A stretch of 64,000 bases of DNA from Podarcis liolepis. Its lineage: Eukaryota. Of the stretch, positions 37,451 through 51,508 are shown in pieces. The first letter of the stretch is position 1. Every line of letters starts with the position of its first letter. Both the position numbers and the translations under genes were made by a program. The stretch is from the NCBI GenBank assembly GCA_965112155.1, contig OZ218098.1. One strand, given 5' to 3'. The notes beneath the pieces are model-generated. The model did no database searches and was not told the origin of the DNA. It saw only the letters and a list, made by a program, of their open reading frames with translations.

Positions 37451-40400
37451 TGAGGCTCTGCTGGGCTGCCGGGGGTGGGGGTGGGCTTCCTTCCTGAAAC
37501 ACCCTTCCTGCCCAGCAGCAAAGCACATCCCCTTTCGCTGACTTGGCAAGAGGGGAGGTGTTCCACAGAGCTTTGTCACCAGTGTCTCTCCTCCTCTAGG
37601 GGCAACGGAGACTGGCAGCAAAGCTGGGTGGCAGAATGCTGTCCCACACGATTTTTAGGTCCCTCCTCCATAGAGTACAGGGAAGTGTCCCCCCCCCCCC
37701 CATCGTGCTTGACTCAGGAGAATATTCAAATGGGATTTTGGAAAATGCACCAATACTGCAAAGTCCAGTCATTACAAAATAAATATATTTAAAATGGGGA
37801 ACTTCCTTTTTTTAAAAAAAAAACACCAAAACTCTACCAGCTTTATGGAACCAGAATCATAAAATTGGCAAGCTCTTTTTTATTATTTATGTATATTTTT
37901 TGATGAAAATAATGATTTTTTTCTATTTAAATGTTTGAGGTTGATTAATATAGAATATAGAGAGCCTTAATAGTGCATCTCCTAGGTTGTAGATTCTCAA
38001 CCTTCAAATATATATTTATTGTTTGCTGTGATATTCTTGTCCTCTTGTGGCAGACATGGCAGATATTACTGGTAGACATGTCTAATATACATAATATTTT
38101 TTAATGTCTACCAGCAAAGTACATGTCTGCCACATATATATTACAAAATCAGTGAAATGAATGCTCTTTGACTCAAGCACCTCTTAGTTCTTGTAAACAC
38201 TTAGACTAGCAGGTAGATGCTTAATGATTTACTGTCTCTGAATTAGTGAGACTTTTCTTTGATGCTCATGCTTGGCTTTTTCCAGGAAAAAGCCCTTCTT
38301 TTTTTCAGAAGAAAATTTCTGTAACATTTTAATATAACATCGAGTACAACCTCATTTATGTAAGTCACTAGGAAGGCATATACAGATGACTGATGATAAT
38401 TCCCTTCAGTTGGCCATGACTTCCCAAGGGTATCTGGTTAGGAACTGAGAGAACAAAATGCTGGAGTAGCTGAGCCTCCAGCAGCGTTCTTGTTATGTTC
38501 TTAGAATCAATGTGTCTCAATCTACCTTTGGAATTCATGTTGGATGGTTCATGGAAGTGACTCCTACGCAGAGTGGTGTTAAAAATTTAATTTTAAAAGC
38601 TACATGGGAAACATGGAGCTGTGAGTGTGTTCACAGAGGAAGTTTACCTCTGGATTGCTGCTGGATCTGCCTCCATTCTTGTAGAGTTTGTACCTGACTG
38701 GAAGCAGCTTTGTGAGAAATCCTTTTATAGGTTAGGGACAGCTGCACTTCGCTCCTACAATGGTGGTGCAGACAGTATGGAAATTAAGTGTTTTGCTGCT
38801 GACATTACTGTTTCAAGAGAGTAAATGCAAACATGTCCTAAGCTTCAGAGTAATATTTGTGCATCAGTGTTCTAGAATGCAGCAATAAACCTTGGTGGTG
38901 GTAGGGGGGGGATACACTGTGGCAAGATAAATTACAGTTGTGTGAGGGGTGAGTTTAGGGAAGCAGCTGGCTATAGCTCTCCTGCCATACCAAACAGTGA
39001 TTCTTTTGCTACTTGGGAACGATAACAAAAGCATGGCCCTGTCCATTTGCAGAAGCAAGCCTCATCTGCATTGTTCAACGAGATGACTTCACAACATTGT
39101 TTGGGTAGACTTGTTATTTGAAAAAATACATTTGTGCATTTAATGTAGTTCAGTTTGTCTGCAGCCACAAAATTGCCATGTGCGTGGGCTGTACTATAGC
39201 AGGAAAAAAGGGATCTCAGCTGTGGAATGCCATCTTCTCACTGGAAGTAGGGTATGCAACCTGTTGGTATGCAGACTAATCTTTTGAAGTATGGTCCTCC
39301 TTATTTATTCTCCCCCATCTATTTTTTTTCCTTAGCAATTTGCACAACATAGGTTTCTTTTACTCCCATCTGCTTCCTGTTCAGAGAGTATTCTTGGTTT
39401 CAAAAGGCACTTCCTTTTGCCTCCTTTTAAACCCTTGTACTGTACTCTTCCTTTTTGACGTTTTTGGTTGGCCTTCTTAAAATATGCAAACCATCTGTGC
39501 TTTTATATACTGATCTTAAACAGCCCCTACTCCAGATTTGTACTTCTTAAATTCGTCCTTCAGCCTATAATTAATCATCTTCCATGTAAATTTTAAACCT
39601 GTCATTTTAATGAGGGGAGCCTCTCTTGGCTATATCAAATCCAGTTGTCTAGTGCTTACTGCAAACCAGCCATGAACATTGCTAGTGTACCACACAGGGC
39701 CCTGCCCTTGAAACTTACATGAAAGTCTTCATAATATCCAGGCCTCCTTTATGTCAATGTTTATATCAAGCCAAATGGGCACTCCAGATGTTCCCTTGTT
39801 TATATTTAAGATTTTTCCATCATACGTGGTCTATAATTCTGTCCAAAAATGTAGTTTTTTACATGTTTTCATTTCTTGTACTATTCATTTTAATTATTAA
39901 TTTTAACAGTTTTTAATGATAATTTTAATATTTCTTGTAAACTGTTTATGTTTTACTACAAAAAAGAGATATATAAATGTTAAATTAAACAAAAAAGGGT
40001 GGCTCTGATTGCCTGATCCCACAAGCAACTGGACAGCTGCATTATACATGTTCTGAAGTCTTCCAAGCTATCTTTAAAGACATCCCTATACTTGGGCACA
40101 TTACTTGTAGAGTAGAAGCTGGATTGGAGTTTATTAGTAGATCTCTTGAGTGATTTGTAATGGATTGACAAGGGCTTTCAACTCCCTGCCTATCAGTAGC
40201 AACACAAAAGGGCTTCTTCTCTTCCACTCTGGATGCTGAAAGAAAGGCTTGGGGGGAAACCAAGAGTAGATTTTTTTTGTGGAAGGATTTATGAGCTTGT
40301 TCTGAAACTGATCACAAATTCCTGGGCTGAGCATGTGCTTAGCCAAGTGGTTGTATGGTATTTTGCACCTCGCTCTGATTGGTGAATCTCAGGGTTCAAG

Positions 40401-42337
40401 CTTCTTCCCCCCACCCCCCAAGGTAGGTCCCACAAGCATGGCCTGTCCACTTTTGTTACAGAGCATTTCTCTTTTGAAAATTAAAATCTTTCCAAATATA
40501 TTAATAGATTAAAAATGTGATAGTGGGCGTGACATGGGTGTGGAGAAAATGAGGATGGTGAAAATTTAATCCCTAATGCTTTTTTCAGCCTGCCTGTTTT
40601 TTAAATAGAATTAAAGACTGAATTGTGTTTTATCCAGTTTCCTGCACTTGGCAACCCTTGTAAGTTGTAACAGATGAAGTTCTACTGTTTCATTCAATGA
40701 GCTTCTTCCCATATCTTTTTTTCTGATGACTTCTTAATTCCTTGAGAATTCAACGCAGGATTCACATCTGTTCTGTTTGGAGAGAGGTTGAAAGCCCAGT
40801 AAAAACGCCCCATTGGGTGTAGAAGTTGTGTGGTACATAAAAACTCTTATGTTGACATTTTGAGTTCACATTTGGATGATGTGGTAAAGTGGAAAAAATA
40901 CCTTTGGCTAAAGGTATACTTATTGTAAAGATAGATCCTGTTGCACTTGAGTAAATTAGTACAATTTTAACATATGAGGGGAAGAAAAGGGTGTAGCATT
41001 GCAGAAGTGGCTGTTAAAAGATGACTGTTGTGTATGAAACTATGGCTGGAGACATATATTTTTTCTCCAATTCAAGAAGTTGAAGGTGGCGTGGTGTAAG
41101 TATGTATATTTATTCTTTGCTCTGGTAAACATGCTTCAGTCTCAAAAATCTGCAATAGTTGTTCTGTGGGATAATAATAATAATTAATAATAATTAATTT
41201 ATTTATATCCTGCCCTCCCCAGCCGAAGCCGGGCTCAGCTTAAGTACAAGTATATACCAAGTACAGTAATGCATCTAGCATCCTTCCTTTGTCTTTCCTA
41301 GAATCTATTGTCTGTCACCAGCCTTAGTCATTCATTCTACATTATAGAGACAGCTCCTGCAAAATGTTTGTCACTAGGAAAACAGAAACAAATTACTGTT
41401 GTCTGAACTTCTGTTCATAGTTATTTTGAATCAATGTCATCTTTTGGAGATGACTGTGATGAGTCAGAATATTGCACAGCATGAAACACATAGCAGGTAA
41501 ACATGGTAGGATCATCAAGCAATTCTACACATTGACTGATATTGGATTTTCAGATCGGATTTTCAGTAAGATGTTCAGAAAATCTCACAATAGCAAAACA
41601 CCTAGCAGTTGAATTTTTGTGCATTATAATGTGCATGTTGCTTCTTTAAATGTTATTCTTCTAGTGAGTATGGTTGTAATTTGCTTTGCTTCATAATACA
41701 CCATGAGGTCTAAACAGTTAAAACCTATTTATTTATAAATGAGTATTTCTGAAGCATTATTTAGTAGCCTGAACTAGCGTAATAGTTCCTCTCGCCATAT
41801 GAAAGCTAGCTTATGGTTAAGCCTTTGTGCCCAGGAGCCTATAAATTTAATTTGTGGCATGTCACCTCATACAAACAAGGAAAACATCCCTTTTCAGATC
41901 AAATGGTATATGTCCTGAAAATCTAGAGGTGGTAAAATTTTGGTATTTTTGAATGCTCCCTGGTTCCTCTGACGTGAGTGTTTTACATGGAAGAGCATTC
42001 AGGAACACAATCCTTCACTTCAGGCTGCAAGTGATAAAGTATCAAATTCTACCACCTCAAGTCTACATACCAGAGCTCATAGAATAGCTCTGTCAGTTGA
42101 GCATCAAATTTTCTGCTATATATTTTAATGTGCAAAAGAGCCTTTTTCCCTTTGGCTAATCTGTGAAGCAGCTTCCTGGCAGTCTAGCCTGCTTCCCAGC
42201 CCTACTGCTCAAGAATTCAGGGGTTTTGCTGTTTAGGTTCCAATGCCTAAGCATTGATAAAGACTCGCTTCAGCTGTCATTTTCCTTTATTATGTGACTT
42301 CTGAGAGGAGTTCTGTCAATTCACGCTTGTTTCACCT
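37451..42337 (+). repeat. First copy of a segment duplicated at 59105-64000
   Basis: Colinear near-identity; the ORF track shows matching peptide pairs (38512/60177, 38621/60286, 39719/61377, 39980/61637). Confidence 0.97.
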
Positions 42338-43913
42338 TCTTTAGTATATTAATGCCCTAGCAGAACCATTAAGGAGAGTGAAATGAAGTAATTGAAATAG
42401 TGCTGCCTCTTACTGGGTGTACCTCAGTGCACAATTACTGTTCAAAGAGAAGGGCTTTCTCATTCTCTGAAAAGACGAGAAGCCTTTTTTGTGCCACTCA
42501 TTGTCCATTTGCGAATAGGTAAAACTAGTCTCCATAAACATAGTCTACTGTTCAGTTTCTGTCTGATCAGGCCTGTTTTGTTCTGTGCTGACCGAGAGGG
42601 GAAGAGTGCCACCTATATGTGCATGTGACACAGCTAACAACAGTAAAAGCAACATTTCACAATCCGCTGCTGTTAAGCTGGGGAGGCACTCAGTTGGGCA
42701 GCAAGTTCTTTCATTATAGAGAGGTGGGTCTTAATTGATGTTTGGCTCCTGAGCCAGTTTTAGAGTGTGTATAGAAGCAAAATGTAATAGAAGTAGTGTT
42801 TATGTACCTTATGTACCAGATGTTTCACCTTCTGTACACAGAGATCAAGGGCTGCCAGGAGAAGGATGCAATGACACTTGTGTAGGTCTAGCTGATAGAA
42901 ACAGGGAGATTTTAGAGCAGCAAAGGAGGAGAAGCTGTAGCAGTGAAAGCTGTAGGGAACCTAGTCAAGGAAGGAGAAGCACTGGCAAGAGGGACAACTG
43001 CTGTAGTCTACTTATGTGAAAGTTGCTTAGAATAAATGTGATGCAAAGCCTTTGAATTAGGAGAGTGAAGAAGAGGGCACAGCCCTCCTTTAAAGAAGAA
43101 TTATTTGGTTTTCAATTCACATTTCTCTCACTCAAAAGCAATGGCTGTGGTTTCCTCTTTTTTTCCAGCCTTAGGTTTCTATTTATTTTTGTAAATAGAA
43201 TCTGACGTACTTGTGTGGTGTCCTTTGGTTCTGTGATATGATTGACTGTCCAAATTCAAGATAGCTGTGATAAAAACAAAAGGTTGGTGATTGTAGAGAA
43301 GCTAGGAACAGATGGTCATAAACTCCAGCACATGGGGCAAGTACAATAGGACAATGCAATCATCTCCAGTCTAGAAGATATTGCAATGTGGGTAGGAAGA
43401 TTGCACGGGCATCGCCATCTTTCCCAAGCACCAAGGGGAAACATGCCAGATTTCCCAAACTTCTCACTTTACCCCTCACATCTTCTATAACAAATGTAAT
43501 GTACAGTTCATAGGTTGGTACTACTAGGCAATGCTGGTGAAATAACCCTGGGATATTTCAGTGAATTAAAATGATGTGAAATTGCACACTTGGTGGCTTT
43601 GTGTTTTGGGCCAGCTTCATACATTTAGCTGAATGGTAATATCCTTCATGTAGTGGGGTGGAGACCACAGTTCCAGGTATGTGCAAGCTGAGACCATGAA
43701 AATATGCAATGTGTGGGCTGTTATCCGTGATCCTTCCACCCCACTGTAAGATAACGTGTGTATGAACACATGACCCAGTGGTGATGCCCACTCAAGTGGA
43801 ATCAGATTTGCACACTCCCAAAGCCTCATTTGCCACCATGTGCAGCTAGACTGAATATCTAAGAACATCTAAACTAATTTGATGATTAATGTTGTTTTTC
43901 TCTTAATCTGCAG

Positions 43914-43984
43914 GGTGCCCACACTGTAAAAACTCCATCCCCCATTTCACAACAGCTGCAGAACTATTTAAAGAAGATCGAAAG
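43914..43984 (+). CDS. PDIA5: PDIA5 coding exon, 71 nt, WCPHC active site
   Basis: Acceptor tttttctcttaatctgcAG and donor GTaatc. Translates (W)CPHCKNSIPHFTTAAELFKEDRK; CPHC is the characteristic third active site of PDIA5. Confidence 0.95.
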
Positions 43985-44156
43985 GTAATCCCATTTTGGA
44001 TTGTTTCTAAGGTGTTATGTAGAACATCACAGCCATCCTTTTCTGCTAACAACTTTTATCCAGGTTTTAAAATGGTGAAATGCTGGGCTTGTGCTTTAAA
44101 GCAGTGACAAAACAACTGAATAAATTAATCTGTCATCTAAAGCGAAGGCAGTGAGC

Positions 44157-44294
44157 CAGGGGTGGATAACCTGTGGCCCTCCAGATGTTGATGGGCTCCA
44201 ACTTCCATCAGCCCCAGCCAAAATATGCAGTGGTCAGGGATGATGGGAGTTATCATCCAGCAACATCTGGAGGGCCATAGGTTCCCCATCCCTG
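44157..44294. mobile_element. 138-bp hAT-like hairpin MITE
   Basis: CAGGGGTGGATAACCTGTGGCCCTCCAGATGTTG ... CAACATCTGGAGGGCCATAGGTTCCCCATCCCTG; 8-bp TSD CAGTGAGC/CAGTAAGC (7/8). Confidence 0.85.
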
Positions 44295-45786
44295 CAGTAA
44301 GCTAACAAATTCCACTCATTTCTCCTAATTTGTTGCTTAAATAAATGTGGTTTGGTTCATGTTACTCTCCCATGATATACTACTTTTTCTCTCTCTCTTC
44401 AGTCTCAACTTGAGACACACAGTTCATTTCAAACTCAAAAGGCCAAGATTCAAAGAAGGGAAATACGACACCTGAGAAACTCTGGAGCTTCACTTCCTGC
44501 TGTTAGTGCAGCTGATCCTGCTGCTGAAAGAGACCACCTGCTTTTCAGGTTGTCCTTATTAATCAGTGGACCTTCCATGGCTTGATGCAGAATTGGCTCA
44601 ACATGTACAGACTTTCTCAGATAACTCTTCAGGATGGGGGGAATCTCACTCTCCACCCAAAAAACCCCTGTCTTCTACCACATAATTCAGTGCCTTATTC
44701 ATTGGCCCTGCTAACTTAAGTTTCGAGAGAGAGGTAAAAGGCCTCCAGGCGTTCATTTTAGAGCTCAGATAACCCTGATCAAGATTGTGGATGCTCCCCA
44801 TCCTGACTGAGCAGCTGCTTATACGCCTTCTATTAAGCCCTCTAATTTTAGTTTTTAGCTATTCTTTTACTACCTTATAGGGTAGTAACAACTTTGTTTG
44901 TTGATCATGTAACTAGAAGTTTTACTGAGGCCAGTAAAAAAACCCCAAACCCACTCAGGTAAACTTTGCAAAGAGTTGTTTAAAAGGGCAGGACTTATTT
45001 AAAAGGAACAAAAAAAAGGTTGCGAGGAAGTACTCTAGCAGGTACACTTTCCTTCCCCAAGACTTTATATTAAATGCATATTAGATGCATAGCATTTTGC
45101 TACCAGAGATAGGAGCTGAACTAGAGCAGGTCTCATAACTGCAGCCTTATAGGCTGAGAGAAGGAACTGGGCATCACAGCTTACCCCTTCAGTAGCAAGA
45201 AACGCAAAGAACAAGTTGCAGTGAATTCACTTCTCTCCTACTTTTCATGAGGTTCTTTAGGAGGAATAATGCTGCTCCCAAGATGCAACTCCCTGTCTAT
45301 GGGCTGTGCCTCAGAAAGCATGATTCCTAGTTGTGCTGCAGAGCCAACACCTCCTCACACAAATAATGGTGGGCAGGGGGCACCTGGAAATGATTTCTTC
45401 GGCCTGGGGAGTCAAGTGTTAAGTTTATGAACCCAGAGAGAACATTTGGATAGATGGGTGGGTGGATGGATTGGACTCCTGTGAAAGGCTCGTTACTATC
45501 TGAGGACGGGAAGAGAGAGGGAGAAAACGGATTGTTTTAATTGATATATTGAAAAAATGAAACATGGCTGACTTACTTTTTAAAGAATGTTTTGACTGGC
45601 TGATATTTACTTTATGGGTCTGCTTCTTGACTAAGATACTGTAGAATGAATAAATGAATAAGGTCCTGACCCTTTTAGTGTGCACCCAGCTTCCCCCTGC
45701 CCACACCATCAGTGCTAAGCAATGCATCTACTGCATCTTTATTAATGAATGAGGGAATCCTTGAAGCAATTTCTAAATAAACAAAA

Positions 45787-45866
45787 CCATTTATTCCTTC
45801 AAATAAAGCCTTCCACACATGAGATGCCATTTATTCCTTCAAATAAAGCCTTCCACACATGAGATG
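45787..45866. repeat. Perfect 40-bp tandem duplication
   Basis: CCATTTATTCCTTCAAATAAAGCCTTCCACACATGAGATG x2. Confidence 0.92.
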
Positions 45867-47164
45867 CTATTCCCCCCATGGCTGCTGTGTGTGTTTGTGT
45901 GTGAATACCACAAACTTGGGAGAGGGAATTATGTGGGTCATTATCAACCAATGAGATCCCTGCCAGGATGTCTGTGTGCTTAATATCAAAGAATGCTGCT
46001 AAACAGATGGGTGAAATTCCACATGCTCAATCCTTCCGCTGGGTAAAATGTCTGATTGTTCAAAAACTGCTGAAGATTGAGAGAGGGTCTTTTAGCCCTC
46101 GAGACGATGATTGATGGATGGAACCCTTATTTCAGCCAGTGGTAGTTAACAGCTAAAGTGCCATGGTATAAAATTTAATGAGGTGGAACCAAAGTTCAAA
46201 TTGAGAATATTGAGTTTGGTGGGGGTTCCTCAAGGCCAGGCACACAGGGAAAACAGCTTTGTTTTTCCCCCTCTTGACTTTTCAAGGTGGTAGAGATTGA
46301 TAATTTTGGACTCCTCCTTCAATCATACACAATCCAATTCTGCTGAAGTACTTCTTGTGGTCTGCTAATGTCCTTAATGGATAATTTACAGAGGCTGTAG
46401 CACAGCACAGGAATGCAAGTGCTAGATAATTTCTTTGCAGCTACTTCTTTTTTTAACAATTATTTTGTAAAGTTTACACAAGTGTCTTTGCGGACTGATT
46501 TCTCTGTAGTTCACTACAGAGAAAGTGAACAGGGCTCCAAAATAACTGCTCTAAAACCCAGTAAGGTTTAATTTAAAAGAAGAAGAACAAAAGGCTAGAC
46601 TTTCAGTAGCTTGTTTTCTTTGATATTTCATATCTGTGAACTTTTACTCTTCCTGCAGTATTTCAGAGGAGGTTTTTCTTTCTGTCTAAGGATGTTTTCC
46701 TATTTATGGTTTCAAATGATGACACCAGGTCAGAGCTTTCATATCACTCACATCAGTAGAGAATGCATTTTAGTGGAGGCATTTTGCATAAGGATTATCT
46801 AGTGATGAAATCAATTCTGTTCCTGCAGAAGGCAAGATGGATCCGTGCCCCAACCTTGCTGGATTCTTTCAGCAATCAGCTATCATTTGGCTCTTTCCCT
46901 CCCTGAACTGTTTCCATCCAAGCTGATCATTTTTAAGAACTGCCATGTAGCTTTGATAATTTGGGCTTGTTTGCTGCTCCCACCTCCCACCTCCCTTTTT
47001 GCAACGTATCTTCTAAATTGTCATCCTGTGGGGAGGGACTGTCAGTGTGTACAGCACTTGGCAAATTCATGCTCTTTATTATTTATTAATTTTAACAACC
47101 AAAAATTTGAATTAGTTCTAAGTGTTCCAAACTCAAGATGCCATTGTAAAATGTTTTCTGTATA

Positions 47165-47388
47165 CAGTGGTACCTCTGGTTACGATCATAATTCGTTCCG
47201 GAGGTCCGTTCTTAAGCTGAAACCGTTCTTATCCTGAGGCATGCTTTTGCTAATGGTGCCTCTGGCGCGCAACTTCCGCTCGCATCCTGGGGCAAAGTTT
47301 GCAACCAGGAGCAACTACTTCCGGGTTAGCGGAGCTCGTAACCCGAAGCGTGCATAACCAGAAGCGTTCGTAACCAGAGGTACCACTG
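47165..47388. mobile_element. Tigger/pogo-like MITE, same family as 21170-21411, opposite orientation
   Basis: TIRs CAGTGGTACCTCTGGTTACG / CGTAACCAGAGGTACCACTG; TA on the left, TG on the right; shares aattcgttccggaggtccg with the reverse of the 21170 copy. Confidence 0.88.
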
Positions 47389-50300
47389 TGTACATAAGCA
47401 TGTGTTGGAAAGATGCATGTCTTATACAGATACAGAAGAAGCCGGCTCATTAGGGTGAATGGCCACTGCCCTATTAACCTTCATGTACCCTCAAGCAGCT
47501 TTCTTTCTTTCTTAAAACCAGTCATGGGGTGTCTGTGCCTGCCACTGGCTCTGGCTCCACCTACTACTTGGTTTCCCTGTCTTCAGCTTTACAGATCCAA
47601 TGGGCACCAGCCATCATAGTACAGATCATACGTCATAGTACTCTCTAGTGAGACTGAATTAGGTTTGGTTCCCTGAAGTTGGTGACAACCATGAGTTTTG
47701 TCACAGCCATGTTATATATTAAACAGCCCTCACAGTCAAGTGTGGGTTGATCTCCTGGAAATCCCCTTGTGCCTTCTACCAGGTCCCTGCAAATCCCAAG
47801 ACGTATCGAGGCTCCACGGTTAGCTTGGCCAAGAAGCACTGTATTTATGATGTATAATACTTAACAGAAATAAAGCAACAGCACAGTCATTGTCAGGGAA
47901 CAGAAGATTTGCAATACGCCCCATGCAGAACCCAACCTTTAAGTCATTTGGCAACAACATCCTTTTCTGTGTAAGCAGAGATTTGTCATCTTTAGTTGAC
48001 TACTTTCTAAGCTATTCTTTTCCCGACTGAAATGTTATCCTTTTTAAAAGAACACTTAGGAAGGGGGGAGAAATTAAAAACCTGCCCTTTTTCATTCCTT
48101 TCCAAAATCAATGTTCAGTTAGTTATTCACTTCCATTTTCATAACAAAAGTCAATATTTGCTCCTGCAGAGATTTATTTCCTTGAATCAATAAGCTGATG
48201 TGTGGTGGTACATATTTTAATGGGAGAAAGGCCAAGTGCTCCTGCAGGAGACTTCTATTATTACAGGCTCCTGTGGTAGCTAGAAAGCCAGTCCGTGAAA
48301 AGAGGGGGGAAAGGCTGGACAGAGGTGGGTGGGTGGGTGTGGGTATGGGTGTAAACCAGAGGCACTTCAAGGTTTGAGACTGCACCGAGCCAGGGGTCCT
48401 CTGCAAAAGGGCCTACACTGCTCTGGTCATTTTTCCCTGGCCCACTGCTTTCTCCTACCTCCACTTCTATGATGGTGTCCCCCTTTCTGCTGCCTCACAT
48501 TTTAAACCTTTTGGTCAGCAGGGCCGTTCTTATCTGCTGCTGCTACTCCGCTTGTGTTTTCTTAAAAAACCTTTTTGACCAACCAAGTGGCTAGTGCTGT
48601 GTATCACTTTACTGGCTGAACTTCCAGCAGCCTGCCATTTGCAGCTGGAGGTTGATGAGCTACTGGAACCTGGGTTGCACAGTGATTTGCTTCATAAGGC
48701 ACAGTGCAGTTTCCTCCTCCGCCCACAATCAACTGCTCCTCACTTTATAGTGTCATCTGGGGAGTGGAGAGCGTAGCGTGTTTTTGCTCAGTTACCCACC
48801 CAAGTACAGGGACTGTGGGGGCCTGAACTTTGGCCCTGAAGTCTGCATGTAATGGAGTCATTTAAGCGAAGTGAAGCTGAGTATGTAGTTAATTCTTTGC
48901 CGTTTGCTCATTTGAGTTCGAATAATCACTAGCAGAGGCTTGCTCGAATTGCTAGACCAGGAAGGAAATCTGGTTGAAGAGTCGAGGTGTAAAACCCTGC
49001 GACTAAAGATGTAAGACAAAAAGAAATATTGATTATACTGTACTGTATAATATCTCTTTTTTAAAGTGCTGAAGATGAGTACTCCTCAGGATTGACAAGC
49101 CGTTGTAATAACACACTGACCCATTTCTGAGATCACACATGACCCCATTAGACTCCTGGCTACTACCCAATTCTGACTTCATGGCAGAGGCCACCACCCA
49201 TGGATAGGTGCCGTGTGCAACTTCCCTCTTTCAAAAAAATACTCCAGGTGTTCTGTTGAACAATTCTGAAAAGGAAATAGCACTGCACAGGAGTTAAAAA
49301 ACAACAACCCTAAAGCTAGTCTATATTTATTTGTAATTTCTAACACACTCAAAATCACTTTTAAATTTTGCATTTACCTTGTATTATCATTTCATTCCAT
49401 GCTCCTCCACATTTTTACTCCAACACACCTTCAGAAGACAACTGATTTATACATAGTTGGCTGTGGGATGGTCAAACTATAAAACTGAATGCTAAAATCT
49501 GGTGGGGAATCTGACAGGCAAGGATTTCGTAAGGATTCCTTAAAAAGGGAGGGAATAATTGCAACGTGTTGACGGATCTGACCGCTTTAACTTGCTTTAT
49601 TATGATGTACCAAGCAAGTGATGACCATAGAGTTGCAGTAAGGCCAGAACTGAATAGTTTTGGCAACTATGAGGCCTCACCCCCATTCCACTTCATTGGT
49701 AGCTGTTTTCAGGGTTAAGGAAAGATGGATTATGACCATGTCATATCATACAATTACTAGAGCCCTATTCAGGGATCCAGTCTTGTGTGTAAAACAAAAC
49801 ATGAGAATAAGGGTTGATGTGTTGCCAAGACTAACCCACTCTCTCAATAGTTTTGAGCCCTCCACAAGTATGAAGACAGGTTTGACATGAGGAGAAATGT
49901 CTACATGAGGCTCCCCACACTATTTTGAACCCTGAACAATCAGGATTATTAATCTTGTGGCTAAGGTCCATGAGTACAAGAGGCTGCCTCCCTCAGGCCC
50001 TTGCCCTCACACTTGTGTAGAGTTGACATGCCAGAGAGGGTGGGGCTTGGCAGAACACCTAATTTCTCTTCACATGCTTGTTTGCAAGTGAGGGGATTCA
50101 GCACCCAAATCAGGTTTATATTATCAGAGAAAGTGGGGGGTATAAAGTGGCTGCTTTTGACAGAAGACATAAATGTAATAAAATAGCTAGTTCTGGCCTC
50201 AGACTCAAATGTATATTGCCACTTGGAATACAGATTGAGTGTTTTAACCGCCAGTTATATCAGCTGTCAGTGATACAAGGGATCATGTAGATACAAGTGC

Positions 50301-50786
50301 ATTTAAATAATATGAAGCACTCAGATACTATAACAACACGGGCCAAAGACGTCTCACAGTTGCATCTATAAATCACTCTAGAACAGAAAGCTGTGTTTTA
50401 CTGCTCTCCTGGAATATGTTTCGCTTGAAGAAGTCATGATATGAATAGTGCTGAAAATGGTTCTCCAACTTATTCTTGCAAATCCCACAGAGGCAGGGAC
50501 TTACTAGCTGCAATTTTCAGATAAGGCACTGAGGAACTGACAGTTTAATGTTCACATTTCAAGAAACTCAACATCTCCTTTTGAATCTAACAACGTGAAT
50601 GACGATGGGTTTTTTTTTAGAAGCTACAATAAACCATCTATTTTGAACACAAAGAAGTGGGCAATCTTTTTGATTTTTTTTTTAAAAAACACAGCATAGC
50701 TGGTTTGCTTTAATTCTTACCACAGCAGCTACTGTTCAAATTATATCAGCCATTGGTTCTAATCCAAGGCCCAGGTATAAACAGTG

Positions 50787-50794
50787 TACACACA

Positions 50795-50829
<35 letters not shown>
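50787..50829. repeat. (CA)n microsatellite
   Basis: Read directly from the sequence. Confidence 0.9.
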
Positions 50830-50831
<2 letters not shown>

Positions 50832-51267
50832 AGGGAGGGGATTCCCCAGTCTCTTCACTGTCATTACACATGTATAGTGTCTTCAGTGATGAAAATGAAT
50901 GGAGAAGCCCCTAGAGCACCTTCTGTGGATAAAAGTAGTAGTCTTAAATTTTCAGTGCTCTTCAGTTGGTTTATTTCCACTTAAGAGTTCCACAAAAAAG
51001 AAAAAGTATACTTGTCACTTCTCCCGCGACAGCTTTATTCATACAAGGTGCCCATCCCTGATTTTCACCAATTCCCCCATCCCACTGATGCGCCTATATC
51101 ACAACCCATGTCTTTCCTGAGTGCTTCATATTATTTAAATTAAAACTGGAAATTGTAGAAGGCACAAAAAGTATATATTTCCCACACAAGGGGACTTTTC
51201 GGCGGGGACAGGGCAGAAGCTGCATAAATCCCCATTTGTTGTGCAAAGTTTTAAGAGTCCAGATTCA

Positions 51268-51508
51268 TAGGATTGCCATATTTCAAAGAGTAAAAACCAG
51301 GACACCCCAAGCTTCTTTTTAGGAAAATCTGAAAGTTGTTGAGCTCCCCCCCAAAAAAAAAAACCTCCAGAAAACCCAAAAATGTTCAGTTTACTTGACT
51401 TGAGAGCCATGACATACCAATGCCTTCCAGAAATGCCACCCCCCCACGTCACTTGCGCTTTTGAAATCCCGGTATTGTTCAGATAATTCCAGACATATGG
51501 CAGCCCTA
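51268..51508. mobile_element. Old non-autonomous DNA transposon (hAT-like TAGGGTTGCCA termini)
   Basis: TAGGATTGCCATA ... TATGGCAGCCCTA imperfect TIRs; TSD not recognisable. Confidence 0.55.

Noticed and set aside
44908-45358. Possible solo LTR (TG...CA); similar impressions at about 7360-7912 and 42700-43050
   Set aside because: No matching TSD or second LTR found, so it cannot be supported.
48323-48350. G-quadruplex-like GGGT repeats (also about 1682-1702)
   Set aside because: Common low-complexity motif with no evidence of function.
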